Shown here: in pieces, positions 47,175 through 56,381 of the stretch | Layout of the letters: every line of letters starts with the position of its first letter | Position numbering within the stretch: position 1 is the first letter of the stretch | Assembly: GCA_965224245.1 (NCBI GenBank) | Contig: OZ245046.1 | Span: 2,688,001 to 2,752,000, forward strand | From: Candidatus Eiseniibacteriota bacterium | Lineage (GTDB): Bacteria > Eisenbacteria > RBG-16-71-46 > CAZAMP01 | Length of the DNA stretch: 64,000 nt | Direction: 5' to 3' | Notes under the pieces: model-generated | Databases searched by the model: none | Seen by the model: the letters and a program-made list of their open reading frames with translations, nothing else | What the model was told of the DNA's origin: nothing | Made by a program: the position numbers and the translations under genes

Positions 47175-49889
47175 ATGCAGAGGAGCCGACCGACCGTACG
47201 ACCGTCACGCCACCCCCTCCGGAGCCTCGTTCGACTCGCGGGGGTCGCTCTTCCCGTCGGGCTCGCCGCCGCGCCCGCGCACGCGTTCAACGACCGGCCG
47301 CACGCGTTCACGATCGACGATCGCGGCGCGGCCGGGCTGTACGCGCTCTACCCGCCGAACCTGTTCGCGCACACGGTCGGCCTGTTGCAGCTCCAGATCA
47401 CGAACGTCGGCATGATCGGCAACACCGAGATCGACGCCCTCAGCGCCGGGTGGCGGGGCCACGAGTACCTGTACGAGGCCGGTCTCTGGGTCGGCGCCCG
47501 ACGATCGGACGGAACACCCGCGGTGAGCACGACGGTCCACGACTGGGAGTTTCTGCCCCCGCCCGATCCCGTCTGGACCGTGTACCCGTCCTACGAGGGC
47601 GCACGTGGCGGTAACCGGCTCGGGTTCTCCTCCGCGCCCGCCCAGCAGTTCCACGACGGCACGGGCAACGTCGTCACGTCCGGGGCGAACGACGACTGGT
47701 ACGGCGGCGTGGACCATCGCATCGACGAGGACTTCCTGAACGGCTTCGACGACGATGGCGACGGGCTCGTCGACGAGGACTTCGAGGCCATCGGTCAGGA
47801 GATGCTCTCGACGCAGTACTGGGACATGTCGCCCATCGCGCAGAACGAGAGCCCCGATCACGAGCCTCTGGGGCTCCTCGTGCAGCAACGGAGCTTTGCG
47901 TGGTCGACGCCCGGCATCGACGAGTTCATCGGCTTCGACTTCACCGTGCGCAACATCGGACGCGAGACCCTGAACGACGTCTACCTCGCGTTCTACGTAG
48001 ACAGCGACGTCGGCCCGCTCACCGATCCCGGATACTGGGTCGACGACCTCGGCGGCTTCGTCCACATCGACACGACGCTGTCCGACGACGACGCCGTCGG
48101 TGGCTGCGCACGGCGTTCGATGACGCTCGACATCGCATACATGTTCGACAAGCCGGACGCCGAGATCGTGGACGGGGTTCGCGGCGGCGACGCCCCGGGG
48201 TTCTTCGGCGGCATGTTCCTCGGCCACACCACCGACCCGTTCGGAGTCGACGCGCCGCGTACGATCGGCATTCGCCGCGCGGTGTTCTTCAACAGCCGCG
48301 AGCCCTACCCCGATGGAGATCCCGTCAACGACATCGAGCGATACGACCTCATCTCGCAGAGCGGTGTCCCCACCCGCGAGACGCTCGAGGAGGGCGACTA
48401 CCGATACGTGTTCTCGGCGGGCCCGTTTCGCGTGCTCCCGCCGGACACCACGCTCACGTTCCAGACCGCGTTCGTGATCGGTGACGGACGCCGGGGGCTC
48501 GTCCGGAACGCCGTCGAGGCGAAGCGCGTGTTCGAGGGCACGTGGCGCGACGTCGACCAGAACCCCGCAACCGGCGTGGACGGCCGCGAGGTCTGCCTCC
48601 GGCCCGACGGCGACGCGGGCGTCGTGTTCTGGAGCGATCCGTGCGACACGACCTCGGGCGGTCCCCCTCAGCTGATCGACTGGCCCGGCTACTGCGCGCC
48701 CGAGCTCTACGTGGACGCCGACTGCGAGCCCTGTACGCCGACGCCGCTGGCCAGCGAGCCCGGAGCCGAGACCCGGGTCCGCTGGGTCGGCACCGTCGCG
48801 CCGGCCCCGCCGGTGACGAACACCGACGGGCTCACGGTCAGCGTGCTGTCGCCGGGATCCCAGTCCGGGGCCGTGCGTCCACCGCTCGGCGGACGCCCGC
48901 CCGCGGGCGATGGCCGCGTCGTTCTCGAGTGGGACAACCAGTCCGAGCTGCGCGCCGACCCGGTCAAGCGGCGGAACCTCTTCGAGGGCTATCGCGTCTG
49001 GCGGGTCGAGGGATGGCGCCGACCGGTCGGCTCCACCGGTCCCGCGCCCGACGACTGGCAGCTCATCGCGGAGTTTCGCCATCATCCGATCGACGCCCCC
49101 GACACCTGCTGGGTTCCCTCGCCGGTCATGGCCGGCGAGCACGTTCCCGTCGTCTTCGGCGACGCGGTGCTGGGCAACTGGGATCCGGGTCCCTCCGATC
49201 TGCTGCCCGAGGACCCGTGCGCGGCCTGTCCCGACTTCTGCTGGCCGAACCGGCACTTCCGTGTCGACGACACGCTCCTTCCGATCGAGTCCGGGATCGC
49301 GACCGGCGACACCACGGCGGGACACGAGTTCGCCGACCTCTATCCCGTCGGGCGCTACACGTTCGTCGACGACGCCTCGCTGAAGAACGGAATGGTGTAC
49401 TTCTACGACGTCACGGCATTCAGCGCCTGGGACGAGGTGATCATCCGATACACCGGCTCGGTACCCGACACGATCGTCCAGCATTTCGAGCTGGCCGGCC
49501 GACCCTCCGCGCGAGAGACACAGATGGTCGTTCCCACCTGGGGCGCCTCGGAGCGGCAGAGCGGCGTCTTCGTGGTCCCGAACCCGTTCGTCCAGAACGA
49601 CCTCTCGGTCACGCCGTGGGGATGGCAGCTGACGCCCTCCGACGCCGACCCCACCGGCACCCGGATCGCGTTCGCCGGCCTGCCCGAAGGACACAACGTG
49701 ATCACGATCTTCACGCTGGCCGGCGAGCGCGTGCAGACGATCGAGCACACCTCCTGGGGAGAGCACGGTACGGCGTTCTGGAACCTCGTCAGCCGAAACG
49801 GCCAGGACGTCACCGCCGGCGTGTACCTGTTCTCGGTGCGGACCGAGGGGCGCGGCAACCAGGTCGGGCGGTTCACGATCATTCGCTGA
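47175..49889 (+). CDS. Large secreted hypothetical protein with DxDxDG Ca-binding loop, FN3-like segment and T9SS-like C-terminal domain
   Basis: GGAGG RBS; signal peptide ..PAHA; EYLYEAGLWVGA, NGFDDDGDGLVDED, FEGYRVWR, VVPNPF...IFTLAGERV...WNL.SRNGQDV.AGVY. Confidence 0.82.
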   Translation: MQRSRPTVRPSRHPLRSLVRLAGVALPVGLAAAPAHAFNDRPHAFTIDDRGAAGLYALYPPNLFAHTVGLLQLQITNVGMIGNTEIDALSAGWRGHEYLYEAGLWVGARRSDGTPAVSTTVHDWEFLPPPDPVWTVYPSYEGARGGNRLGFSSAPAQQFHDGTGNVVTSGANDDWYGGVDHRIDEDFLNGFDDDGDGLVDEDFEAIGQEMLSTQYWDMSPIAQNESPDHEPLGLLVQQRSFAWSTPGIDEFIGFDFTVRNIGRETLNDVYLAFYVDSDVGPLTDPGYWVDDLGGFVHIDTTLSDDDAVGGCARRSMTLDIAYMFDKPDAEIVDGVRGGDAPGFFGGMFLGHTTDPFGVDAPRTIGIRRAVFFNSREPYPDGDPVNDIERYDLISQSGVPTRETLEEGDYRYVFSAGPFRVLPPDTTLTFQTAFVIGDGRRGLVRNAVEAKRVFEGTWRDVDQNPATGVDGREVCLRPDGDAGVVFWSDPCDTTSGGPPQLIDWPGYCAPELYVDADCEPCTPTPLASEPGAETRVRWVGTVAPAPPVTNTDGLTVSVLSPGSQSGAVRPPLGGRPPAGDGRVVLEWDNQSELRADPVKRRNLFEGYRVWRVEGWRRPVGSTGPAPDDWQLIAEFRHHPIDAPDTCWVPSPVMAGEHVPVVFGDAVLGNWDPGPSDLLPEDPCAACPDFCWPNRHFRVDDTLLPIESGIATGDTTAGHEFADLYPVGRYTFVDDASLKNGMVYFYDVTAFSAWDEVIIRYTGSVPDTIVQHFELAGRPSARETQMVVPTWGASERQSGVFVVPNPFVQNDLSVTPWGWQLTPSDADPTGTRIAFAGLPEGHNVITIFTLAGERVQTIEHTSWGEHGTAFWNLVSRNGQDVTAGVYLFSVRTEGRGNQVGRFTIIR

Positions 49890-50083
49890 CCCGACTCTCG
49901 GTCCCGGGGTCCCGACCGCCGCGGGGGGTCGACCTCGCACGCCGCGTGCGGGCGGAAAGAAAAACGCAACCGGCCCGTGACGGCGTCCTCGACGACGCGC
50001 TACGGTTCGACGCCCGTGTCGCGGACCGGATGGGGCCCCATCCGCGCGCACGGAGCGTGACGTCGACTCATCGGGAGCCTCGA

Positions 50084-51988
50084 ATGACCACTCGGCGCCG
50101 GCGCCGGAGACGACGCGACGCGTCACTAATCGCCCCGGCCCGTTCCCCATGGCGGCGGCTCGCGCCGTTCGTCCTGGTCGCGGCCACGATGCTCGTGTAC
50201 GCGAACAGCCTCCAGGGCGTGTGGCTGCTCGACGACCACGGTGCCATCGTGGACAACCCGCACGTCCGCCAGCTGTGGCCGCCCACTGCTCCCCCGGACT
50301 CGACGCTCGATCGGCGGCCGGTCGCCGCGCTCTCGTTCGCGATCAGCTACGCCCTCGGCGGTCTCGATCCGCGCGGCTACCACGCGCTCAACGTCGCCGT
50401 GCACGTGCTCGCGGCGCTGACGGTGCTCGCGCTCCTCCGCCGAACGTTCCGGGCACCACGGCTCGCCGGCCGGCTCGGCGAGCACGCCGACGCCCTGGCC
50501 TTCGCGGCGGCCGCGGCATGGGCCGTCCATCCGCTCCTGACCCAGGCGGTGACGTACGTCGTCCAGCGCACCGAGTCCCTCGCGTCTCTCTTCGTGCTCC
50601 TGACGATCTACGCCGTGGCTCGCGCGCAGTCGAGCACACGGCCCGGGCGCTGGCACGCCGCCGCCGTCGCGGCGTGTGCGCTCGCGATGGGAACCAAGGA
50701 GATCGCGGTCGCCACCCCGCTCCTGGCCTGGGTGTACGTCCGCGTCTTCTTCCACCGGGCGCGAACGTCCGACGAACGGGTCGCCTCCGACCCGGCGGGG
50801 CGTCGGCTCTGGATCGGACTCGGCCTGACGTGGGTCGTCCCGGCGCTGCTCTTGCTGGGCGATACGCCCCGTCAGTCGATGGGCTTCGGCAGCGACGCCG
50901 CCGACCCGTGGACGTACGCGATGTCGCAGGGCGCGATCCTCGTGCACTACCTCCGGCTCGTCGTGTGGCCCGCGGGCCTCACGTTTGACTACGCGTGGCC
51001 ACCGGCCACCGACGCGGTTGCGGCAGCGCCGGGGCTGGTCGCCGGGGTCGCGCTCGTCGTGGCAACCGGGTGGAGCCTCGCCCGCCGGCCGTCTCTCGGG
51101 TTCGGCGGTGCGTGGTTCCTTCTCCTGCTCGCACCGACGTCGTCGGTCGTCCCGATCCTGGATCTGGCGGTCGAGCACCGCACGTACCTCGCGTCCGCGG
51201 CGCCGATCACGCTGGCGATGGTGGCGCTGTACCTGGGCGCACGGAGGATCGTCGCCTCCCCCGCAGCCGCGGCGCGAGCGTTCACCGTCGTGGCGGCGGT
51301 GATCGCGATCCTCCTGGGTGCGGCCACCGTGCGGCGCAACGCGACGTACCGGAGCGCGGTGGCCATGTGGTCGGACGTGGTCGCCAACGCTCCCCGGAAC
51401 GCGAGAGGATGGAACGAGCTGGGCCTGGCGTTCCTCGATGCCCGCCGCCCGGCCGACGCCGAGCCGGCGTTGCGGACCGCGGTCGGCCTCCGTCCCGACG
51501 ACGCGAAGGCCCAGTGGAACCTCGGGCGACTGTACGCGGAGTCCGGCCGGCCCGACGACGCGCGCCTCGCCTTCGAGGCCGCGATCTCGTCGGTCCCCGG
51601 CTACCTGGACGCACACACGAGCCTGGCCACGCTGCTCCTCGGCCAGGGGGACCTCACCGGCGGCGCCGAACATCTCGAGGCCGCGCTCCGACTCGATCCC
51701 GAGCGTCTGGACGTCCGGTACAACCTGGCCGGCGTGCTCCTCGCGCTCGGCCGGCACGGTCGCGCCCGTCAGGAGTTCGAGGCGGTTCTGGATCGGGAGC
51801 CCGACCACGTGCTCGCGATGGTCGGGAAGGCGGGTGCGCTGGCCGCGATGGGGTCCTTGGACGGGGCGCGCGAGGCGCTGGAACGGGCGCGCGTGCTCGC
51901 CGAGGCGGGGCCCGATCCGTCCCTCCGGGAGCTCGTGCGCGCGCGCCTGCGCGCGCTGCCGAGCCCGGGCACCCCGCCCGGCTCGTGA
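50084..51988 (+). CDS. TMTC-like GT-C membrane glycosyltransferase with C-terminal TPRs
   Basis: YANSL...W.LDD...I.DNP, YH..NV..H, AVHPL.TQAV.Y..QR.E, KE, L.FDY, EHRTYL, TPR tail; start approximate. Confidence 0.85.
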   Translation: MTTRRRRRRRRDASLIAPARSPWRRLAPFVLVAATMLVYANSLQGVWLLDDHGAIVDNPHVRQLWPPTAPPDSTLDRRPVAALSFAISYALGGLDPRGYHALNVAVHVLAALTVLALLRRTFRAPRLAGRLGEHADALAFAAAAAWAVHPLLTQAVTYVVQRTESLASLFVLLTIYAVARAQSSTRPGRWHAAAVAACALAMGTKEIAVATPLLAWVYVRVFFHRARTSDERVASDPAGRRLWIGLGLTWVVPALLLLGDTPRQSMGFGSDAADPWTYAMSQGAILVHYLRLVVWPAGLTFDYAWPPATDAVAAAPGLVAGVALVVATGWSLARRPSLGFGGAWFLLLLAPTSSVVPILDLAVEHRTYLASAAPITLAMVALYLGARRIVASPAAAARAFTVVAAVIAILLGAATVRRNATYRSAVAMWSDVVANAPRNARGWNELGLAFLDARRPADAEPALRTAVGLRPDDAKAQWNLGRLYAESGRPDDARLAFEAAISSVPGYLDAHTSLATLLLGQGDLTGGAEHLEAALRLDPERLDVRYNLAGVLLALGRHGRARQEFEAVLDREPDHVLAMVGKAGALAAMGSLDGAREALERARVLAEAGPDPSLRELVRARLRALPSPGTPPGS

Positions 51989-52000
51989 GCGATCGCCACG

Positions 52001-52219
52001 TCAGCCGGAGCCGCCGCCCGCACCGTCATCGCCATCACCGCCGGGCGCGCCGCGGTCGCGCCCCGAGGGCTCACGCGCGCGACCGGCTTCCCGGAGCGCG
52101 CGCGTGAGGATGAACTCGATCTGTGCGTTGACGCTCCTGAGCTCGTCGTCGGCCCAGGCCCTCACCGCGTCGAAGACCTCCGGATCGATGCGAAGCGCGA
52201 ACGCCTTACGTTTCGACAT
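52001..52219 (-). CDS. Arc/ribbon-helix-helix DNA-binding protein
   Basis: [35 protein letters not shown]; directly follows the SPFH gene. Confidence 0.82.
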   Translation of the reverse strand: MSKRKAFALRIDPEVFDAVRAWADDELRSVNAQIEFILTRALREAGRAREPSGRDRGAPGGDGDDGAGGGSG

Positions 52220-52228
52220 GGCGAACGC

Positions 52229-53110
52229 TCAATGGTACAGCGACCCCGTGTTCACGACCGGCTGCGTGTGCCGGTCGCTGCAGAGCACGACCAGGAGGTT
52301 GCTGACCATCGCGGCCTTGCGCTCCTCGTCGAGCTCCATGACGTTTCGGGCCGCCAGCTGATCGAGGGCGCTCTCGACCATTCCCACCGCACCCTCCACG
52401 ATCTGCTGGCGGGCGGCCACCACCGCGCTGGCCTGCTGGCGCTGTAGCATCGCGGCGGCAATCTCGGGCGAGTACGCGAGGTGGCTGATGCGGGTCTCGA
52501 GCACGTCCACGCCCGCCTCGTCCAGCCGGTCGCGAACCTCGACGCTGAGCTGCTCGGAGATCTCCGCCGCATGGCTGCTCAGCGCCCGCTCCTCGTCGTG
52601 TGCCACGTACGGGTAGTTCGACGCCAGATTGCGGAGCGCGGACTCGCTCTGCACGTGCACGAAGTCCTCGAAGTCGTTCACGTTGAACAGGGCCTCGGCC
52701 GTGTCCACGACTCGCCACACGACGATCGCCGCGATCTCGATCGGATTGCCGCTCGCGTCATTCACCTTGAGCTTGTCGGTCTCGAAGTTCCGGATACGGA
52801 CCGACACCTTGCGCTTCGAGTTGAACGGGTTGGCCCAGCGGAGCCCCTCGTCCTTAGCCGTGCCCACGTACTTGCCGAAGAGCTGCAGCACCTTGGACTC
52901 GTTGGGGTTCACGACGAACAGACCGGACAGGAACAGGATGAACCCCGCCAGCACGATCAGCGAGACGATGATCCCCAGGGGCGCCCCCCCGACCTCGTCC
53001 TTGGCGAGCCGCACGAAGTTGATGAACGAGACGATCGACGCCACGATGCCCAGGATCCCGATCAGCAGGTGCGGCAAACCGTTCGGGTATCGCTTCGTGT
53101 TCTCCCGCAT
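52229..53110 (-). CDS. SPFH/band 7 domain membrane protein
   Basis: Two N-terminal TMs, [57 protein letters not shown]. Confidence 0.93.
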   Translation of the reverse strand: MRENTKRYPNGLPHLLIGILGIVASIVSFINFVRLAKDEVGGAPLGIIVSLIVLAGFILFLSGLFVVNPNESKVLQLFGKYVGTAKDEGLRWANPFNSKRKVSVRIRNFETDKLKVNDASGNPIEIAAIVVWRVVDTAEALFNVNDFEDFVHVQSESALRNLASNYPYVAHDEERALSSHAAEISEQLSVEVRDRLDEAGVDVLETRISHLAYSPEIAAAMLQRQQASAVVAARQQIVEGAVGMVESALDQLAARNVMELDEERKAAMVSNLLVVLCSDRHTQPVVNTGSLYH

Positions 53111-53147
53111 CGGAAGCTCCTTTCCGGCGATAGCGCCATGATGTTGA

Positions 53148-53159
53148 TATGATATCATA
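53148..53159. promoter_or_regulatory. 12-bp perfect palindrome, putative operator of the SPFH-RHH operon
   Basis: TATGATATCATA in an AT-rich patch about 40 nt upstream of the SPFH start. Confidence 0.6.
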
Positions 53160-53225
53160 ACGATTGCACCAGGGGAAAAGTTGCGGTAGATTCGGCCAGA
53201 CCAGAATGCGTTGTACTGTATTGAG

Positions 53226-56200
53226 TTACGGGCGAGCCGGACCCGCCGTCGGGGAGGCCGGCGTCGGACGACCTCCACGGGGTCGCACTCGCGCCCAGAT
53301 CGCCGACGTGTGCTCTCGCACGTCGTCGAAGAACGAGTAGAACACCGGGACCACCAGGAGCGTGAGCAGCGTCGCCGTCGTCATCCCCCCGATCAGCGTC
53401 AGCGCGAACGAGGTGTAGCTCAGACCCGAGTCCATCCGTCCCCAGAGGGCCAGCGGCACCATGCCGCCGATCGTGGTGATGGCGGTCATCATGATCGGGC
53501 GGAACCGCCCTCGCGCGGCCTCCAGGATGGCCGAGCGGCGATCGAGCCCGTCGACCCGGAGGCGGTTCACGAAGTCGATCAGCACGATCCCGTTGTTCAC
53601 CACCACGCCGACCAGGAGGACGCCCCCCACCGCGCCCAGGAAGTCGATGTCCCGCGACGCGATCACGTGGATCCAGACCACGCCCAGCGAGGCCAGCGGA
53701 ATGGTGAAGATGATCGACAGCGGCAGCACGAAGCTCTCGAAGAGCAGCCCCATCAGGAGGTAGATGAACACGATCGACACGTAGAGCGCGAACAGAAGCG
53801 ACGCGAAGTCCTCCCGCGACTCGTTCACCTCGGCCGGATCCCCGAACGTGACGCCCTCGGGGAGGTCGATGCGGGCACAGACCGCGTCCAGGCGATCCCG
53901 CGTCTCCTCCCGCCGGGCGTCCAGGAGATCCAGCGACACCGTGCGTGACGTGCGCTTGTTCCGTCTGACGATCGCCGGCGGGCTGTCGAGCATGCTCACG
54001 TCCGTCAGCGCCGAGACCGGGAGGACGCCTCCGGAGGCCGTCGGCACGTAGAAGGAGGAGAGATCCGCCACGCTCTCTCGGTCCTCCTCCCGATAGCGCA
54101 CGCGGACCGGAATCTCGCGCGACGCATCCCGGTACTTCGGCAGGCTCTGACCGCGGAGGGCGTAGCCGACGACGCCGGCCACGATCGTGGGATCGACGCC
54201 GTACGCCTCGGTGAGCTCGCGGTCGATCACGAGGCCGAGCTCGTTGGGCACCCGATCGGAGTCGCGTCGAGCACCCAGCACGCCCTCCACCTTCGCGAGT
54301 ACGTCCGTGAGCTCCTCGGCGACGTCCTCCAGCACCCGCGGATCCTCGCCGTGAAGCGTGACCCGGTAGACGTCCTCGTCGGCCTCCACCTGGCTCTCGT
54401 CGCCGGTGGTGAACACGATCCCGGGGCGGTGCGGCAGGAGCTCGAGCACGCGCGCGGTCGTCTCCTTCGCCGTGAGGTCGCTGGTGCGCGGCGTCGTGAA
54501 CCAGCCCTGGAGCTCGCCTCGCGTCTTCTGGTGGTAGAGAAACCAGCCTTCGAGACCCAGCTCCCCGGCGTGGTCCTCGACGATCTTCTCGGCCTCCAGG
54601 AACCAGGCCTCGGTCTCCTCCAGAGACGCGTTGTCGGGCATCTCCACGTCGACCGAGAAGCCGGCGTCCTCGTTCTCCTGCACGTCCACGAACCGGATCG
54701 TCTTCGTCGCGACGCCGATCGTGACGCCGAAGACCACCGCCATCGCAAGCACCACGTCGAGTCGCCGGCTCAGCGACACATCGAGAAGCCGAGAGTAGGC
54801 CCGCCCCAGCCGCCCGAACGACACGTCGTAGGCACGCGCCATCGCCGACGACAGGCGGAGGTAGGAGCGTGCGCGGGGCGGGGTGTGTCCACCCCGCGCC
54901 GGCAACGTCGCATGAACTCCCAGCGGGATGCAGACGAGCGCCACCGCCAGCGACGCGATCAGCGACACGCTGATCGGAACCGACAGCCGGAGCAGGAAGA
55001 ACTGGGCCGGCCCCTCCACGAGCGCGATCGGCAGGAAGACGATCACCGTGGTCAGCGTCGACATCGTGATCGCCAGTCCGATCTCACCTGCGCCGCGGAT
55101 GGCGGCCTCCCGGCGCGAGAGCCCCCGCCGGTGCATGCGGTCGATGTTCTCGGACACGACGATCGCATTGTCCACCAGCAGCCCGACGCACACCATCAGC
55201 CCCAGCAGCGACAGGATGTTCAGCGACTGACCGATGAAGAGCATCACGCTGAGCGACACCAGGAGGCTCAGCGGAACGGCCGCGTTCGCGATCAGCGTGA
55301 CCCGGAAGCGGCGCAGGAAGAAGAACAGCACGCAGGCCGCGATCGCACCGCCGATGAGCCCGCTGTTCAGGAGCGTGGACAGCGACTCGTCGATCATCTC
55401 GCCCTGGTCGAACAGCACGATCTGCTCGGCGGCGTCGAGCCGGGGGTTCTCGTCGAACTCCGCACAGACGTCGCGCAGGCGGCCGCACACCTCCCGGGCG
55501 TTCGTCTCGCCCTCCTTCATGACGATGATGGCGTACGCAGGCTTGCTCATCGCGCGCACGCGATACTGCTTCTCGGGCTCGTCGTAGCGGACGGCCGCGA
55601 TGTCGCGCAGCCGCACCGACGGCGTGATTGGCCGGTTCTCGAGATCCTCGAGACGGTGGTAGCGGGCGTCCGATCGCAAGAGGAGCTTGCGCCCGCCGTC
55701 ACGCACGTGGCCCGAGGCGAGGGTGAAGCTGTCCTGGCCCAGCGTCTGGCTCAGCTCGTAGATGTTGATCCCGTGTGCGTCCGCACGGGTGCGGTCGATC
55801 TCGATCAGGATCTCCTTCTCCTCGAGCCCCTGGACGTTGACCGACGCCACACCGGGGACGCGCTCGAGCGGAACCACGATCTGCTTGTGGATGAGGTTGT
55901 AGACGTCGGTCACCGACGGATCGACGGCGACCCCGAGCACCAGCACCGGAATGCCCGAGGCATCGTCCTTGTAGATGAAGACGCGATCCACGTCCTCTGG
56001 GAAGAGCCGCCGCGCGCGCTGGACCCGATCTCGGACCTCTCGATACGCGAGGTCCATGTCCGTGCCCTGCTTGAAGCTCATGAACTGGCGCGCCTGCCCG
56101 GTGATCGAGACGGACGTGATGCGCCGGAGCCCCTTCACGGTGGAGAGCTCCTCTTCCAGCGGCGTCGAGATCTTGTCCAGCACCTCGCGCGGCGGGGCAT

Positions 56201-56381
56201 CGCGCCAGGGGACCCACACGCTCAGGAACGGCGAGTCGAAGCCACGCGGGATCAGCTCGATCGGGATCGTGGCCAGGGCGACCAGCCCCACCACGATCAC
56301 CGTCGCCACGAGGACGATGACCGTGATGGGACGCGAGAGCGCGAAGCTGGCCAGACCACCCCGTCCGGTGCGCGCCCTCAC
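53226..56381 (-). CDS. RND efflux permease (AcrB/MdtC-like), subunit 2
   Basis: GLLVDNAIVVSE, STLTTVIVFLP, GVVVNNGIVL, RFRPIMMT; GTGA overlap. Confidence 0.92.
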   Translation of the reverse strand: MRARTGRGGLASFALSRPITVIVLVATVIVVGLVALATIPIELIPRGFDSPFLSVWVPWRDAPPREVLDKISTPLEEELSTVKGLRRITSVSITGQARQFMSFKQGTDMDLAYREVRDRVQRARRLFPEDVDRVFIYKDDASGIPVLVLGVAVDPSVTDVYNLIHKQIVVPLERVPGVASVNVQGLEEKEILIEIDRTRADAHGINIYELSQTLGQDSFTLASGHVRDGGRKLLLRSDARYHRLEDLENRPITPSVRLRDIAAVRYDEPEKQYRVRAMSKPAYAIIVMKEGETNAREVCGRLRDVCAEFDENPRLDAAEQIVLFDQGEMIDESLSTLLNSGLIGGAIAACVLFFFLRRFRVTLIANAAVPLSLLVSLSVMLFIGQSLNILSLLGLMVCVGLLVDNAIVVSENIDRMHRRGLSRREAAIRGAGEIGLAITMSTLTTVIVFLPIALVEGPAQFFLLRLSVPISVSLIASLAVALVCIPLGVHATLPARGGHTPPRARSYLRLSSAMARAYDVSFGRLGRAYSRLLDVSLSRRLDVVLAMAVVFGVTIGVATKTIRFVDVQENEDAGFSVDVEMPDNASLEETEAWFLEAEKIVEDHAGELGLEGWFLYHQKTRGELQGWFTTPRTSDLTAKETTARVLELLPHRPGIVFTTGDESQVEADEDVYRVTLHGEDPRVLEDVAEELTDVLAKVEGVLGARRDSDRVPNELGLVIDRELTEAYGVDPTIVAGVVGYALRGQSLPKYRDASREIPVRVRYREEDRESVADLSSFYVPTASGGVLPVSALTDVSMLDSPPAIVRRNKRTSRTVSLDLLDARREETRDRLDAVCARIDLPEGVTFGDPAEVNESREDFASLLFALYVSIVFIYLLMGLLFESFVLPLSIIFTIPLASLGVVWIHVIASRDIDFLGAVGGVLLVGVVVNNGIVLIDFVNRLRVDGLDRRSAILEAARGRFRPIMMTAITTIGGMVPLALWGRMDSGLSYTSFALTLIGGMTTATLLTLLVVPVFYSFFDDVREHTSAIWARVRPRGGRPTPASPTAGPARP

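Noticed and set aside
49215-49260. CAACPDFC as a heme c binding site
   Set aside because: Not CxxCH; more likely disulfides or another metal site
49935-49968. Hairpin CGCACGC/GCGTGCG next to an A-rich tract as an intrinsic terminator
   Set aside because: No U tract follows the stem on either strand, and the loop is too short
47205-50150. 981-aa minus-strand ORF and similar long ORFs (56858-60277 +, 31313-34195 +, 17157-19274 +, 54351-56477 +)
   Set aside because: Antisense or off-frame shadows of well-supported genes; stop-poor because of high GC, Arg/Pro/Gly-rich, no motifs
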